A stretch of DNA of 25,116 bases from a virus (IMGVR_UViG_3300025121_000565:1-25116), one strand, 5' to 3'. Counted from the stretch's first letter, positions 13,997 to 24,225 are shown. Notes: generated by a model from the letters alone, not told the origin. A program made the numbers and translations.

Positions 13997-16395
13997 GCCG
14001 ACTTCGCGTCCGCCATGAAGCGCCAGGACGTGACCTTGTAGCCCGCGCCCCCCGAGACGTCGGACAGGCGCCCGAGGAGGTGGTACGACACGAAGCCGGT
14101 GCTGCACGGCTCCTCGAGCCGGAAGGAGCGGAACACGGTCACGGCCGTCACGTTCGGGGCCTTGGCGCCCGCGAGCGAGAGGGACTGCGAGTAGACGACC
14201 TCGCCGCACGACGGGGCGCCCGTCGTCGTGCTGTTGCGCAGGAGCCGGTAGTACGCGGTGCGGGCCGACCCGTCGTTCGGCCCGTCGAGCTGGAGGCGGG
14301 CGACGAGCCACGACCGGATCACGTCCGTGTCGCGCTGGAGCTGCACGAAGTTGCTCACCGCCTGGATCTCGAACTCCACCGTCGAGCAGAAGTAACACGC
14401 CACGACGCTGTTCGTGATCGCGGCGCGCGAGATCTGCTGCTCGGCGACGTCCGCCGTCACGATCCGGATGACGCGCACCCCCTCGCCGGGCCCGAAGCTC
14501 GACTCCGCGCACGAGAGGCTCCGGGCCGCGGGCCAGTAGGCGTAGCACGTCAGGTACTCGACGTCCTCGTCGTGGAACGTCTTGGCCTTCGCGCGCCGGT
14601 GCTCGACCGCCGAGCCCGTGCTGGTGGACCCGCAGGCGCGGTACAGGACGATCGAGGCCCAATCCACGGGCTCCGCGTACGTGACGTTGACCTCCACCAC
14701 TTTCCCGCCCCCCTGCACGGCCGTCAGGGCGGTCGGGGCCGCCAGGACTCCGAAGCTCGGGGGCACAGTCGCGGGGGTTGGGACCTGGAGCGGGGCCGGC
14801 ATCTCGGTCGACTCCGCGGTCGGGAACGCGAGGTCGTCCGGCAGCGTCCCGCACGAGTAGCTGTAGAACGCGCACGACCAGGGCGCGAGCCGCATCAAGA
14901 TCCGGTCCAGCGCCTTGCTGATCTGCCGGACCTCCATCGGGGCGCACGTGTAGGCGAGTGGCGCATAGGTGAGCGTCACGCGGTCGCCCGGCGCCGCCTG
15001 CCGCGCCTCCTGCGCGACCGCGACGTCCACGACTTCGTTCCCGTGGATCTCCCGCCTCGAGAGGTAGTGCGCCACCTTGTCGGCCGCGCCCGAGTCCCGC
15101 AAGAACCGGTGCTGGAGCAGGACGTCGCGCCCGACCCCCTTGTGGACCGCGCGCTTCACCTCCAGGCGGTACCCGCTCAGCGCGTCCCACCGGTACGCGA
15201 GGCGGTAGTCCCGGACGGTGTTCTCGAGCGGCGGGCGCTCGCGCGGCGTCAACACCGCCAGGAGGTTGCGCTCCCCAGCCCCGGCGCCGTCCCGCACCGC
15301 CATCCTGACGTCGGCTTGGAGCGCGTCAACCGAGACCATCCACTCGCCCGAGGCGTTGGCGTCGAGCCGCATCCCGCGCACGAGCAGCAGTTCACGCAGG
15401 ACGTCGAGGGCCGCGCGCGGCTCCGCCAGTACGCCGTCGCAGTAGAGGCCCGTGACCTCGGTCCCGGTCGTGGGGTCGAGCTGCGCCTCGGCGGCGTTGA
15501 AGCTCGCGGCGTTGACGCTCTGGCTCAGTCCATAGGTGGTGTCGGACAGCAGCGTTCGGACGGCGCGCGCGAAGTTCCGCTCGGCCGAGAGGCCCGTGAC
15601 ATCGGCGTAGATCGGGAAGAGGGCGTTCTGCCAGTCCACCTGTCGGCGCGGGAACCTCACGGTCGTGAGGCCCGCGTACCGCGTGGTCTCGACCGTGTAC
15701 TCGCTGGTCTCGATCTTGTGGAGCGTGCCGTCGCCTGCGAGCCGGTACATCTGGTCGACCGTCAGGGCGCCGCGCCCCACCAGGTAGTCGTACTGGTCGT
15801 TCGTCCGGTCGTCGTTCACGTAAGGGCATCGGTGGCGCTCGATGTTCCCGAACACCACCGGGATCGGGACCCCGAGGTCGCGGGCGTTCGGGAACGTCGA
15901 GGCCAGGACGGTCCCGAGCGGGACCGGCTGCTCGAAGACGCTGAGGTCCGGGGCGACGGCCCGCACCTCGACCCACCCCTCGCCGAGCGCGGTCGTGCTG
16001 ACCTTGCCGGTGAACTCCGTCACGCCGGTGCCGCTCTCCTCGTCGTACCGCGTCAGGGTGAGGGTCGTGCCCCGCAGGTCCGCGGTGTGGAGGGCGTCGA
16101 GCGCGCCGTCGGCGTTCACGAGCCGGAACGAGACGGACGTGGCGCCCGTGACCCCGTAGAAGGCGTCGAAGTACGAGCGCTCGACGACCGGCTCCTCCGT
16201 GATCCGCCCGACGTACCGGACCCCCGACACCACGAGGTCGCGGCCGGCGAAGTTCTGCGGGACCGAGTCCTCGACTCCGCGCTGGATCGCGGAGGCCTGG
16301 AACAGCCCGGCCTGCGCCCAGGTCCTGGACTGCGCGCCCGTAAGGCGCACGAGCCAGACGGGGCGCCAGATCTTCTGGCGGTCTGGTGCCGTCAT
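13993..16395 (-). CDS. tail tip / baseplate hub-like protein (800 aa) with FN3-like segment
   Basis: Position downstream of the tape measure; PIPVVFGN, PGDRVTLT, APTALTAV...TFHDEDV...YAYW. Confidence 0.75.
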   Translation of the reverse strand: MTAPDRQKIWRPVWLVRLTGAQSRTWAQAGLFQASAIQRGVEDSVPQNFAGRDLVVSGVRYVGRITEEPVVERSYFDAFYGVTGATSVSFRLVNADGALDALHTADLRGTTLTLTRYDEESGTGVTEFTGKVSTTALGEGWVEVRAVAPDLSVFEQPVPLGTVLASTFPNARDLGVPIPVVFGNIERHRCPYVNDDRTNDQYDYLVGRGALTVDQMYRLAGDGTLHKIETSEYTVETTRYAGLTTVRFPRRQVDWQNALFPIYADVTGLSAERNFARAVRTLLSDTTYGLSQSVNAASFNAAEAQLDPTTGTEVTGLYCDGVLAEPRAALDVLRELLLVRGMRLDANASGEWMVSVDALQADVRMAVRDGAGAGERNLLAVLTPRERPPLENTVRDYRLAYRWDALSGYRLEVKRAVHKGVGRDVLLQHRFLRDSGAADKVAHYLSRREIHGNEVVDVAVAQEARQAAPGDRVTLTYAPLAYTCAPMEVRQISKALDRILMRLAPWSCAFYSYSCGTLPDDLAFPTAESTEMPAPLQVPTPATVPPSFGVLAAPTALTAVQGGGKVVEVNVTYAEPVDWASIVLYRACGSTSTGSAVEHRRAKAKTFHDEDVEYLTCYAYWPAARSLSCAESSFGPGEGVRVIRIVTADVAEQQISRAAITNSVVACYFCSTVEFEIQAVSNFVQLQRDTDVIRSWLVARLQLDGPNDGSARTAYYRLLRNSTTTGAPSCGEVVYSQSLSLAGAKAPNVTAVTVFRSFRLEEPCSTGFVSYHLLGRLSDVSGGAGYKVTSWRFMADAKSA

Positions 16396-17079
16396 CTACT
16401 CGCTCCCGTAGCTGACCGGTGGCCCTGCGATCTGGACGGCGCCGGTGACGGTGCCGTGGTTGCCGCTCCCCGAGTAGTCCTTGGCGCTCACGCCGTCGTC
16501 GAGCGGCGACCACTGCACGAGGTTCGCCGTCCGCGCGGGCCGTGCGCTCTCCATCTCCTGGGCGACCTCCGCGGCTGTGAGCGCCGCGGTCCAGACCTTG
16601 AGGTGGGCGAGCACGCCGTCGAGGTCCCACGCGTTGGCGCCGTCCGTGCCGATAGTCACGGTGTCGGCGGAGCTGCCGATCGACGCCGGGATCGTCCCGC
16701 TGAACGTCACGGTCTGGGCGACCCCGTTGACGTAGAGCTTCAACCGGTCCGCGTTCGCCGCGCCGCCGCCGTCGTAGACGATGGCGAGGTGGACCCAGAC
16801 CCCCGCCGAGAAGATGCCGGCGACCCGACCCTTCGGGGCGGTCGTGCCCATCACGAAGGCGAAGTCCGCGCCCACGCTGCCGTCGCCGACGCCGTGCCAC
16901 AGCACGAGGTCCGCCGCGTCGCCGCCGACCGACGCGACCTTGCCCCAGATGACTGCGGCGTCGGAGGCGGCCGTCGGCTTGTACCAGACGCACACCGTGA
17001 GGAGCGAGGAGCCGTCGATCGCGTTGATATCGCCGAAATCGACCTTGTCGTCCACGCCGTCGAAGGACAACGCCATCAT
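16396..17079 (-). CDS. LamG/concanavalin A-like lectin domain protein (~227 aa)
   Basis: ALSFDGVDDKVDFG, LTVCVWYK, WVHLAIVYDG, KLYVNGV, LKVWTAALTAAEV, DYSGSGNHGT. Confidence 0.9.
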   Translation of the reverse strand: MMALSFDGVDDKVDFGDINAIDGSSLLTVCVWYKPTAASDAAVIWGKVASVGGDAADLVLWHGVGDGSVGADFAFVMGTTAPKGRVAGIFSAGVWVHLAIVYDGGGAANADRLKLYVNGVAQTVTFSGTIPASIGSSADTVTIGTDGANAWDLDGVLAHLKVWTAALTAAEVAQEMESARPARTANLVQWSPLDDGVSAKDYSGSGNHGTVTGAVQIAGPPVSYGSE

Positions 17080-17387
17080 CCGACCTCGTAGGAGAGCGTC
17101 TTGCAGTCGCGCCACGCGGCCGGGCCTTCGTCGTGGGTGCACCGATGGAGTGTGAACGTTCCGGCAACGATCCGCCCGGCCAGATGGGCGGCGCGCAGCG
17201 CGCCGCGGATGTTGCGCGCCTTGGCCTCGTCGCGTGCGAGGTCCATATCCGCCCGGAGCGTCGGCCGCTCCTCCTCATCCGTCCCCGGCGTGGCGCTCCC
17301 GCCCCGGGCTTCGACGGCCGCCCGCGCCGCGTCGCGGTGTGCCGCCGTGTCGAAGACCGCGAATGCCTTCACCCGCCAGAACGCCAT
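17076..17387 (-). CDS. hypothetical tail-associated protein (103 aa)
   Basis: Coupled to both neighbours; C-terminal HRCTHDE...C motif. Confidence 0.75.
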   Translation of the reverse strand: MAFWRVKAFAVFDTAAHRDAARAAVEARGGSATPGTDEEERPTLRADMDLARDEAKARNIRGALRAAHLAGRIVAGTFTLHRCTHDEGPAAWRDCKTLSYEVG

Positions 17388-17388
17388 T

Positions 17389-17931
17389 TTACGTGCTGCT
17401 CGACATCGACAGGACGCCCATCAGGAACCTGGCGTCCGTCCCGAGCGTGTCCGTGGCGACGTCGCGCTCGATCTTGATCTGGATCAGGTCACTCCCGGCC
17501 CACCCCGACGAGCACGGGATGTGCCCCGACGTGACCTGCTGGCGGAGGACGTACCCGGCGCACGTAGCGCACCCCGCAGCGATCGCCGCGGCGCCCCCGG
17601 CGCCGTCCCAGGACGAGGCGGAGGGGACAGCGCGCGTCGTCACCGTCCACGCCACGACGCCGCACGACGTCGCGACCTGCGCGAGCCAGTAGACCTCGAG
17701 GTTCGCCGTCACCGGCGTGAAGCCCGGCGGGACCTGGGCGTACCAGTGGGCGGCCTCCGACGCGGCGGCGTCGAAGTCGAGCACGTAGTAGGGCCACGCC
17801 GTCCCCGCGATCTTCTGGAGCTGCGGGAACGCAGCCGCCCCGAACTCCGCGCCGGTCGGGCGGAGGAGCTTCTGCGGTTTCGAGGCTGCGCCCGCCGCTG
17901 CCGCTGCCGCTGCCGCGCCCACGCCGATCAT
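17389..17931 (-). CDS. tail fibre/adsorption-type beta-rich protein (180 aa)
   Basis: Start re-assigned to ATG 17931; VLDFDAAASEAAHW...IKIERDVATDTLGTDARF. Confidence 0.7.
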   Translation of the reverse strand: MIGVGAAAAAAAAGAASKPQKLLRPTGAEFGAAAFPQLQKIAGTAWPYYVLDFDAAASEAAHWYAQVPPGFTPVTANLEVYWLAQVATSCGVVAWTVTTRAVPSASSWDGAGGAAAIAAGCATCAGYVLRQQVTSGHIPCSSGWAGSDLIQIKIERDVATDTLGTDARFLMGVLSMSSST

Positions 17932-17948
17932 CTCTTGGGCCCCCCTCT

Positions 17949-18623
17949 CTACGTCGACGTCGCCGCGAGGCGCTCGGCGTACTGGAACTGGAACGCGACG
18001 ACGTGGATGCGCCCGGGGTGCGCGTCGCCTGCCGCCGTCGAGCACGAGTCGCGCTTCCACTGGAACGAGAGGACCGAGTTCTGCGTGAACAGCCCGCTCG
18101 TGAACGTTCCAACGAGCTGCTCGCTGAGGCGCCCCGTCGTGGTGCTCGCCGTCAGGAGATTCGCCGTCGATGCCGCCGCAGCCTCGGGGTTGCCCCCGGC
18201 GTGGCACGCCGCCAGGTACTCGAGGACGCTCCGGACGTCCTGCGTCGACGCCTGGCACCCGCCGACGACGGCGAAGAGGTACGACGGCCGCTCGACGTTC
18301 ATGTCCGCCGGTGCTTCGATCGACCACCGCACGCTCGCGGCGTTGCACGTCGAGAACGCGAGCGTCGGGGCGTTCCCGAAGAACGCCGCGTCCGGGGCTT
18401 CTCCGGTCGAGAGCTGGACGACGTTGATCTCGAGGCGGCGGACGCCGAAGCGGGCGGCCCAGCTCGCGCCGGTCCCGGAGGACGGGTCGCGGACCAGGAC
18501 GTCGTCGCTGCTCCCCGCCGACAGGACGAGGGCGGCATTCCACTCGTCGGGCCCGATCTCGCCTGCCACGCCGAGGTCAGACACCGCCGAACACGCTGTA
18601 TGCGTGATGATCGCGTCGGTCAT
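17949..18623 (-). CDS. tail fibre-like protein (224 aa)
   Basis: ATGA overlap at 18620-18623; N-terminal ITH...IGPDEWNA anchor-like motif; Ser/Thr/Gly-rich beta domain. Confidence 0.7.
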   Translation of the reverse strand: MTDAIITHTACSAVSDLGVAGEIGPDEWNAALVLSAGSSDDVLVRDPSSGTGASWAARFGVRRLEINVVQLSTGEAPDAAFFGNAPTLAFSTCNAASVRWSIEAPADMNVERPSYLFAVVGGCQASTQDVRSVLEYLAACHAGGNPEAAAASTANLLTASTTTGRLSEQLVGTFTSGLFTQNSVLSFQWKRDSCSTAAGDAHPGRIHVVAFQFQYAERLAATST

Positions 18624-19444
18624 GGCCCCACCACCTCGTCGAGCGTAATCATCGTCTCGGCCTCCGCGCCGGCCGCCTGCCAGTCGGGGTCCTCGGCCCA
18701 CCGCACCACGTACCCCTGCCGCGGGTCCCCGAGGTTCAGGTAGGCGTAGAAATAGTCGGCGCTCCACGCGCGGCGCGCGACGTCCTGCCAGTCCTCGAGC
18801 GCGTCCCCGAGCCCGGGCGACGCGGGGTCCGTGCAGGCCTTGACCGACCCCCGGATCTGGACGCGCGGCTCCCCCATCCGGAGGCGCTGCCCCCAGCCGC
18901 CGTGCGGGGGCCCGACGTCAAGCCGCGGCCGCACGGTCCGGAGCCCGGCCGGGACCCGGAGGTGGGCCGGGGTGTCGGTCAGCGCGCCCGCCACCCAGAC
19001 GCCGCCCAGTTCCCAGTACGTCGAGCCGAGCGTCGGGCCGCCGGCGCACGTCGCGGTGGTGGGGTCGAGCTTGATCCGCAGCCACCGGTACCCGAAGCCC
19101 GTCGCGAGGTGCGCGTGCTGGAGGCGCCACGAGAGGGGGTCGCACGTCAGCGCGACGGCCTCGCTGTAGGTGGGGGCCGCGAAGAGCCCGCTCGAGGAGG
19201 CGCCCTGGATCGTGGCGGACGTGAAGCCGGCGTTCACCAGCCCCACGAGCGCGACCGTCTGCGAGCTCCCGAGGTCCAGCAGCCACTCCTGCGTGGTCTG
19301 GGTGTCGGCGGAGCGCCAGGGGCGGAACGGGCGCTGCGGCTGCTGGGCCTCGGTCGAGCAGTAGTTGCACGCCTGGCCGGACCCGTAGGCGACCGCGGCG
19401 TCGGCCTCCGCGAGGTTGGCGAACGAGAGGCGCATCACGGGCAC
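18620..19444 (-). CDS. distal tail protein with discoidin-like N-terminal part (274 aa)
   Basis: Directly follows the tape measure; WRS...EWLLDLGSSQTV...YRWLRIKL. Confidence 0.7.
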   Translation of the reverse strand: MPVMRLSFANLAEADAAVAYGSGQACNYCSTEAQQPQRPFRPWRSADTQTTQEWLLDLGSSQTVALVGLVNAGFTSATIQGASSSGLFAAPTYSEAVALTCDPLSWRLQHAHLATGFGYRWLRIKLDPTTATCAGGPTLGSTYWELGGVWVAGALTDTPAHLRVPAGLRTVRPRLDVGPPHGGWGQRLRMGEPRVQIRGSVKACTDPASPGLGDALEDWQDVARRAWSADYFYAYLNLGDPRQGYVVRWAEDPDWQAAGAEAETMITLDEVVGP

Positions 19445-19446
19445 GG

Positions 19447-22400
19447 CTACATCCCCCGAGCCGCAGCTTGGACGGCCGCCCGCATCCGGGGCGAGGTCCG
19501 GATCATGCGCTCGAGCGCGTCCGCGAACGCCCGAGCCTGGGCCTCGGGATCTCGGCCCCCGCCCTGCACGACGATGTCCCCGAACTGAACCGAGACCGCG
19601 CCACCGCCGCCGCGCGAGACAGCCTCGCCCATGTGCAGAAGGTACGGGGCGGTGCGCGGCACGTAGTCCGTCCCGCCGGCGTAGCTTCCCGCGACCGGCG
19701 CGGTGGGGTAGAAGAGCCCCGTCGTAGGGTCCGGGTACGTGCTGACCCCGGCCGGGACCTGCGCGAGCGTCGCCCAGGGCCCCCGCGCTGAGCCGTTGCC
19801 GCCGAGCCCCGCCGTGTTGGCCGCGATCTGCGCGAGGTACCCGACCGCCACCTGGTCGATCGTGAGGCTCTGCGAGGCCCGCGCGTTCGCCTCCTCGCTG
19901 AGCCGGCCCAGCAACTCGAGCGCCGCCTCGGGCCCCATCGAGGGGTCGAGGCGGTCGATCACCAACTGGAGGTCCGCGTGGAGGAGCGCGAGCTCGTCAA
20001 CGACGGCCTGCTGCTTCTCGCGCATGAAGTCCTCGAACGGCGCGCCACCCGTGAACTCCGCGACGCGCGCGCCGAGCGCGGCACTCACGCTCTCGAGCGT
20101 CATGGCCACGTCCTCGAACAGCGCCTGGAAGGCCGCGCTCGGGCGGTCCCACAGGAGCTGCCCGGCCTCGAGCACCCCCTGGGCGCCCGCCACGATCGCC
20201 TGCGCCATACCGGGATCCGGCGCCGCGAAGAACGTGTCCAGCAGCTCCTGGAAGTCGGCCCGGCGCGCCCCGTAGATCTCCGACGGGTTCGTGCTCGCGA
20301 GCTCGCTCGCGCGCAGGCCCTGGACCGCCGCGTCGACGAGCGTCTGGGCCCCGACCCACGCCCCCACCACCTGCTGGATGTAGGCCAGCTCCTCCTGGTA
20401 CCGCTGGGCGATCGTCGTCCGGAGGTCGTCCGTCAGCGCGATGGCGGTCGCGAGGTCCGGGGCCTCGGCGATGGCCTGGCGCGCGCCGGCGATCTCGTCC
20501 GCGAAGTCCGACACCAAAGCGTCGAGCTGGGTGCGGAACGCCGCGAAGTCCGCCGCGGACTCCGTCGTGATGCCGGCCGCCTCGCCGACCTCCTTCCGGA
20601 ACTCCCGCACGGCGTTCCGGAGCTGCTCGAGCGCCGAGCGCGCCGCGGTGATCTGCTGCGCGTCGAGCTCCACCAGCGCCTCGACGAGCGCCGCGATCTG
20701 GTCCGAGATTCCCTGGTTCATCCCGGTGTCCTGCGTTGGGCCGGCCCAGAGGAGGGTGCGGACCTTCTTGATCAGGTCGGGGTCCTGCCGCACCGCGCTG
20801 GCGAACTGCTCGTACGTCAGGGTGGCCTCGAGCGAGTTCGGGCCCTTGCCGATGTAGACGCCGCTGGCGCCGGGGTACAGGTCGGTCGGCCGGGGCGCAG
20901 TCGCCGGCGTGAAGGCGAACGGGAACTGGAAGCCCGGCGGCGCGACCGGGGGCCCGATCGCCTGCCCGACGGCCCCGAAGTCCTCCGGCGAGAAGAACGT
21001 GCTGGCGACCGGGTTCCGCCCCCCGCCCATCGCGCCGGGCTGGAACGCCGCGATCGCGTCGTAGAGATCGCGGAGGCTCTGGACCCCGCCCAGGGCCCCG
21101 CCGAACTCGTTGAAGAGCTGGACCTGCTGCGCGCGGCTCTCTGCGTTCCGCTGCGCCCGCGTCTTCTTCTTGCCACCGAACATCCCACCGAGGAAGCCCC
21201 CGCCCGAACCCCCGAGTGCCCCGCCCAGGAGGGCCCCGATGATCGCGCCCGGGACGTTGCCGATCGCGAAGCCGATCCCGGCGCCGATCCCGGCGCCGAT
21301 GCCCGTCCCGGCGTACGTCCCGATCGCCGCGGGCCCGGTCGGGTCGCCGCCGAAGATCGCGGACCCGAGGTTCAGCGCGATGCCGGCCGCCGCGAGGTAG
21401 GGCGCGAAGGACGAGATCATCCCCGCGCTTCCGAGGAGCCCGGATGTCGGCGCCGTCGCGGCCCCGCCGATCGCCCCGACCCCGGCGCCGAGCTCGAGTG
21501 CCCCGGTCCCGAACGACACGCTCGCCGGGAGCCCGAACGCGGCGCCGCTCAGGCCGCCGAGCGCGTAGTTGCTCGGGAGATTGTAGATCCCGGGGAAGGC
21601 GTTCGCGAACCCGAGCCCGGCCTGGAACGTCCCGACCCCGCCGAACCCCCCGGCCGCGTTCGCGCCGGCCCCGACTCCGCCGCTCACGAGGGCCGAGCCC
21701 GCGGCCTGCGCGGCGCCCCCGAGGAACCCGCCCCCCGCCCCTCCGCCGCCCCCGAGGAACTGCATCGTGAGGCCCGCCGCGAGCGTCGCCAGGGAATTGA
21801 TCAGCGGCGCCAGCGCCTGGCGGATCACGCGCTGGGCGAACTCCACGATGATGTACTGCCCCAGGTTCGCGAACGCCGCCTTCACGGTCTGGGTCCCCTG
21901 GATGATGCCGGTCGCCAGCTTCTCGAACGCGCCGCCGACCGCCCCGAAGACGTCGAGGTAGAAGCCCCGGATCTCGCCGAACCGTCGCGCCTCCTCGCGG
22001 ATCGCCGCGAGGCGCTGGACCTGCTCGCGCTCCTTCGGGCCCAGCTCGTCGAGCGACCGCCCGAACAGCGTCCAGGCTGAGCGCATCTCGTCCGCCGCCT
22101 GCGCGGTCTCCGCCATCCCGGCCCGGAGCTCGACCTGCGCGGCTTTGATCGCCTCCTCGGCCCCGGCGCTCTTCTCCGTGAGCACGATCTGGTCCGCGGA
22201 GATCCGCCGGAGGTCGCTGTCGACCTCCTCCATCCCGTCCGAGAGCCCGGCGAAGAACGCCGGCCAGTCGGACAGCGCCTGGGAGAGGTCGTCGGCCGCG
22301 GCCTCGACCTCGGAGAGCGACTCGGCCGCCTCGTCGCCCGCCCGGGCGAACGCCTCGAGCGCCGCGGCGCGGTCCCGCAGGACCTCCGCGGTCGAGAGCA

Positions 22401-23589
22401 CCCCGGTGAACTCCCTGCCGCCCCACACGGGCAGCGGCTCCTCCTTCGCGGCCGGCATCGCGGCCGGTAGCACGACGGGCGGCCCCATCGTGGGCTCGCG
22501 CGCCAGCGCGGCCTCGAGGTCGGCGCGCTGCCGCTCCTCCGCCGCGGTCTCGGCGAACCGGAACGGCACGGCGCTGATGTTCCGGCCAACGAAGTTCAGG
22601 AACCTCGTCAGCCACTTGCTGAACGGGCCATCCTCGTGCCGCCGCGCCTGGGCGTCCAGCTCGCGGTACAGGTCCGCCACCCCGGCGGCGAGGTCGCGCG
22701 TCCCCGTGACGGCGCCCGCCATCAGCTCCGCGGTGTTCCGCACCCACTGCGTGAACCCCTCGGTCTGGACGAAGTCCGCGACCTCCTTCGCGAGGGCCTT
22801 GAGGGCGTCGAAGAGCGGGCGGAACCCCTCGGCGAGCGCGAGCTGGACGTTGTCCGAGATCGTGCTCGTCAGGCCGGTCCAGGTGCCGGCCATCTCGACC
22901 ATCGAGCCCCCGAACCGGCGGAACTCGGACTCGAGAGCCGCGAACGTCTCCTTCGCGCTGGCGCCCGCCTCCTGGAGCTTCTCGATCTTGGTCCGGCCCT
23001 CGGCCGACAGGATCCCCATCTCCTGGAGCCGCATCGCGGCCTCGCCGAATGGGCGCCCGCCCTGGATCATGCTGTAGGCGCGCCCGAACCAGAACGCGAC
23101 GTCCTGGATGCCGCGCCCCGAGACCGCGGCCGCGTCCCCCACCAGCGTCAGGGACTCGCGCGCCTTCTGGGCGCTGACCCCGAACGTGAGGAGCAGGCGC
23201 GAGGCCTGGAGGATCGGGCCCGTCTCGAACGGCGTCTTGGCCGCGAAGTCGAACAGCGACCGGACGTGCTCCTTGGCGGCGTCCCCGGACTTGAGCAGGG
23301 CCTTGAATTGGAGCTGGGCGGTCTCAAGCGTCGAGTTCATCCCGATGACGGCGTTCTTGGCGGCCGCCAGCGTCCCGGTGACGCCCCGGAACCCGACCAT
23401 CGCGGCCGAGAACGCGAGCGCCCCCTTGACCAGGCCGCCGAACGCGAGGGAGACCTTCTGCGACTGCCGCTCGAAGTCCCGGCCGAACTGCTGCTGGCCG
23501 CGCGCCGCCTCGTCGAACCCCCGCTTCCACTCCGCCATGTCGAGGCGGAGCTTCGCGACCAGTTCCCCGACGTTGACCTCGCCCGCCAC
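19447..23589 (-). CDS. tail tape measure protein (1380 aa)
   Basis: Length and position; VGELVAKLRLD start, FAAKTPFE motif, Gly/Ala-rich hydrophobic stretch, C-terminal YAGGTDYVP...LLHMGEAV. Confidence 0.95.
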   Translation of the reverse strand: MAGEVNVGELVAKLRLDMAEWKRGFDEAARGQQQFGRDFERQSQKVSLAFGGLVKGALAFSAAMVGFRGVTGTLAAAKNAVIGMNSTLETAQLQFKALLKSGDAAKEHVRSLFDFAAKTPFETGPILQASRLLLTFGVSAQKARESLTLVGDAAAVSGRGIQDVAFWFGRAYSMIQGGRPFGEAAMRLQEMGILSAEGRTKIEKLQEAGASAKETFAALESEFRRFGGSMVEMAGTWTGLTSTISDNVQLALAEGFRPLFDALKALAKEVADFVQTEGFTQWVRNTAELMAGAVTGTRDLAAGVADLYRELDAQARRHEDGPFSKWLTRFLNFVGRNISAVPFRFAETAAEERQRADLEAALAREPTMGPPVVLPAAMPAAKEEPLPVWGGREFTGVLSTAEVLRDRAAALEAFARAGDEAAESLSEVEAAADDLSQALSDWPAFFAGLSDGMEEVDSDLRRISADQIVLTEKSAGAEEAIKAAQVELRAGMAETAQAADEMRSAWTLFGRSLDELGPKEREQVQRLAAIREEARRFGEIRGFYLDVFGAVGGAFEKLATGIIQGTQTVKAAFANLGQYIIVEFAQRVIRQALAPLINSLATLAAGLTMQFLGGGGGAGGGFLGGAAQAAGSALVSGGVGAGANAAGGFGGVGTFQAGLGFANAFPGIYNLPSNYALGGLSGAAFGLPASVSFGTGALELGAGVGAIGGAATAPTSGLLGSAGMISSFAPYLAAAGIALNLGSAIFGGDPTGPAAIGTYAGTGIGAGIGAGIGFAIGNVPGAIIGALLGGALGGSGGGFLGGMFGGKKKTRAQRNAESRAQQVQLFNEFGGALGGVQSLRDLYDAIAAFQPGAMGGGRNPVASTFFSPEDFGAVGQAIGPPVAPPGFQFPFAFTPATAPRPTDLYPGASGVYIGKGPNSLEATLTYEQFASAVRQDPDLIKKVRTLLWAGPTQDTGMNQGISDQIAALVEALVELDAQQITAARSALEQLRNAVREFRKEVGEAAGITTESAADFAAFRTQLDALVSDFADEIAGARQAIAEAPDLATAIALTDDLRTTIAQRYQEELAYIQQVVGAWVGAQTLVDAAVQGLRASELASTNPSEIYGARRADFQELLDTFFAAPDPGMAQAIVAGAQGVLEAGQLLWDRPSAAFQALFEDVAMTLESVSAALGARVAEFTGGAPFEDFMREKQQAVVDELALLHADLQLVIDRLDPSMGPEAALELLGRLSEEANARASQSLTIDQVAVGYLAQIAANTAGLGGNGSARGPWATLAQVPAGVSTYPDPTTGLFYPTAPVAGSYAGGTDYVPRTAPYLLHMGEAVSRGGGGAVSVQFGDIVVQGGGRDPEAQARAFADALERMIRTSPRMRAAVQAAARGM

Positions 23590-23593
23590 GCGC

Positions 23594-23887
23594 CTAGCCC
23601 TCTCTCCTGTGCCGGCGCATCTCCTCGGAGAGGATCTGCGCCATGCGGTCCTCGCCCACCAGCTCCTGCATCAGGTCCGAGACCCGCGGCGCCTGCTTCA
23701 GCATCCCGGTCGCGGCCGTCACGCGCGCCACCAGCCAGGCGAGGCGCCACATCTCGCGCTCGTCCCGGCGCTGGCGCCCGACCGCCATCGCCACCAGCTC
23801 GGCGGGCGTGAGGCGCGAGAGCTGGCGAGGCTCGAGGCCGAGCTGCTCGTACGCCAGCGCCTCGGCCTCCTCGTACCCGACCGCCAT
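23594..23887 (-). CDS. tail assembly chaperone, second part (gpT-like)
   Basis: LGLEPRQLSRLTPAEL pattern; position just before the tape measure. Confidence 0.75.
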   Translation of the reverse strand: MAVGYEEAEALAYEQLGLEPRQLSRLTPAELVAMAVGRQRRDEREMWRLAWLVARVTAATGMLKQAPRVSDLMQELVGEDRMAQILSEEMRRHRREG

Positions 23888-23889
23888 CT

Positions 23890-24225
23890 CTACTCGGCGG
23901 CCGCCTTGTCCCCCGCCCCCCGCCCGAAGTACCCCGACTCCGTGAAGGCCTCGTTGAGCAGGTACAGGACGTCGTTGAGCGCCCCCCGCCCGCTGTCCAC
24001 GTACTCGGTCAGCAGCCGCTCGACGTCCTCGAACCGCAGCCGCTTGTCGTCCGACCGCAGCCCCGCGTAGAGCGCGTGCTGGAGGGTGTTGACCGAGAGC
24101 CGCGTGAGGTCGCCCACGATCTCGCCCATCGGCTTCCCGAGCCGCCCCTCCATCGCCTTCAGGTCCGCGAACGTGAACTTGATCCTCCGCACCCGGTCCA
24201 GCGTGATCTCGACGCCGCTCGTCAT
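23890..24225 (-). CDS. tail assembly chaperone (gpG-like)
   Basis: ITLDRVRRIKFTFADL...LYAGL; position between tube and tape measure; GGGAGG RBS. Confidence 0.8.
   Translation of the reverse strand: MTSGVEITLDRVRRIKFTFADLKAMEGRLGKPMGEIVGDLTRLSVNTLQHALYAGLRSDDKRLRFEDVERLLTEYVDSGRGALNDVLYLLNEAFTESGYFGRGAGDKAAAE

Noticed and set aside
21271-21303. 12-bp tandem repeat in the tape measure gene, and a GCGGCA repeat near 17895-17916
   Set aside because: They encode ordinary GIGA and poly-Ala low-complexity protein segments.
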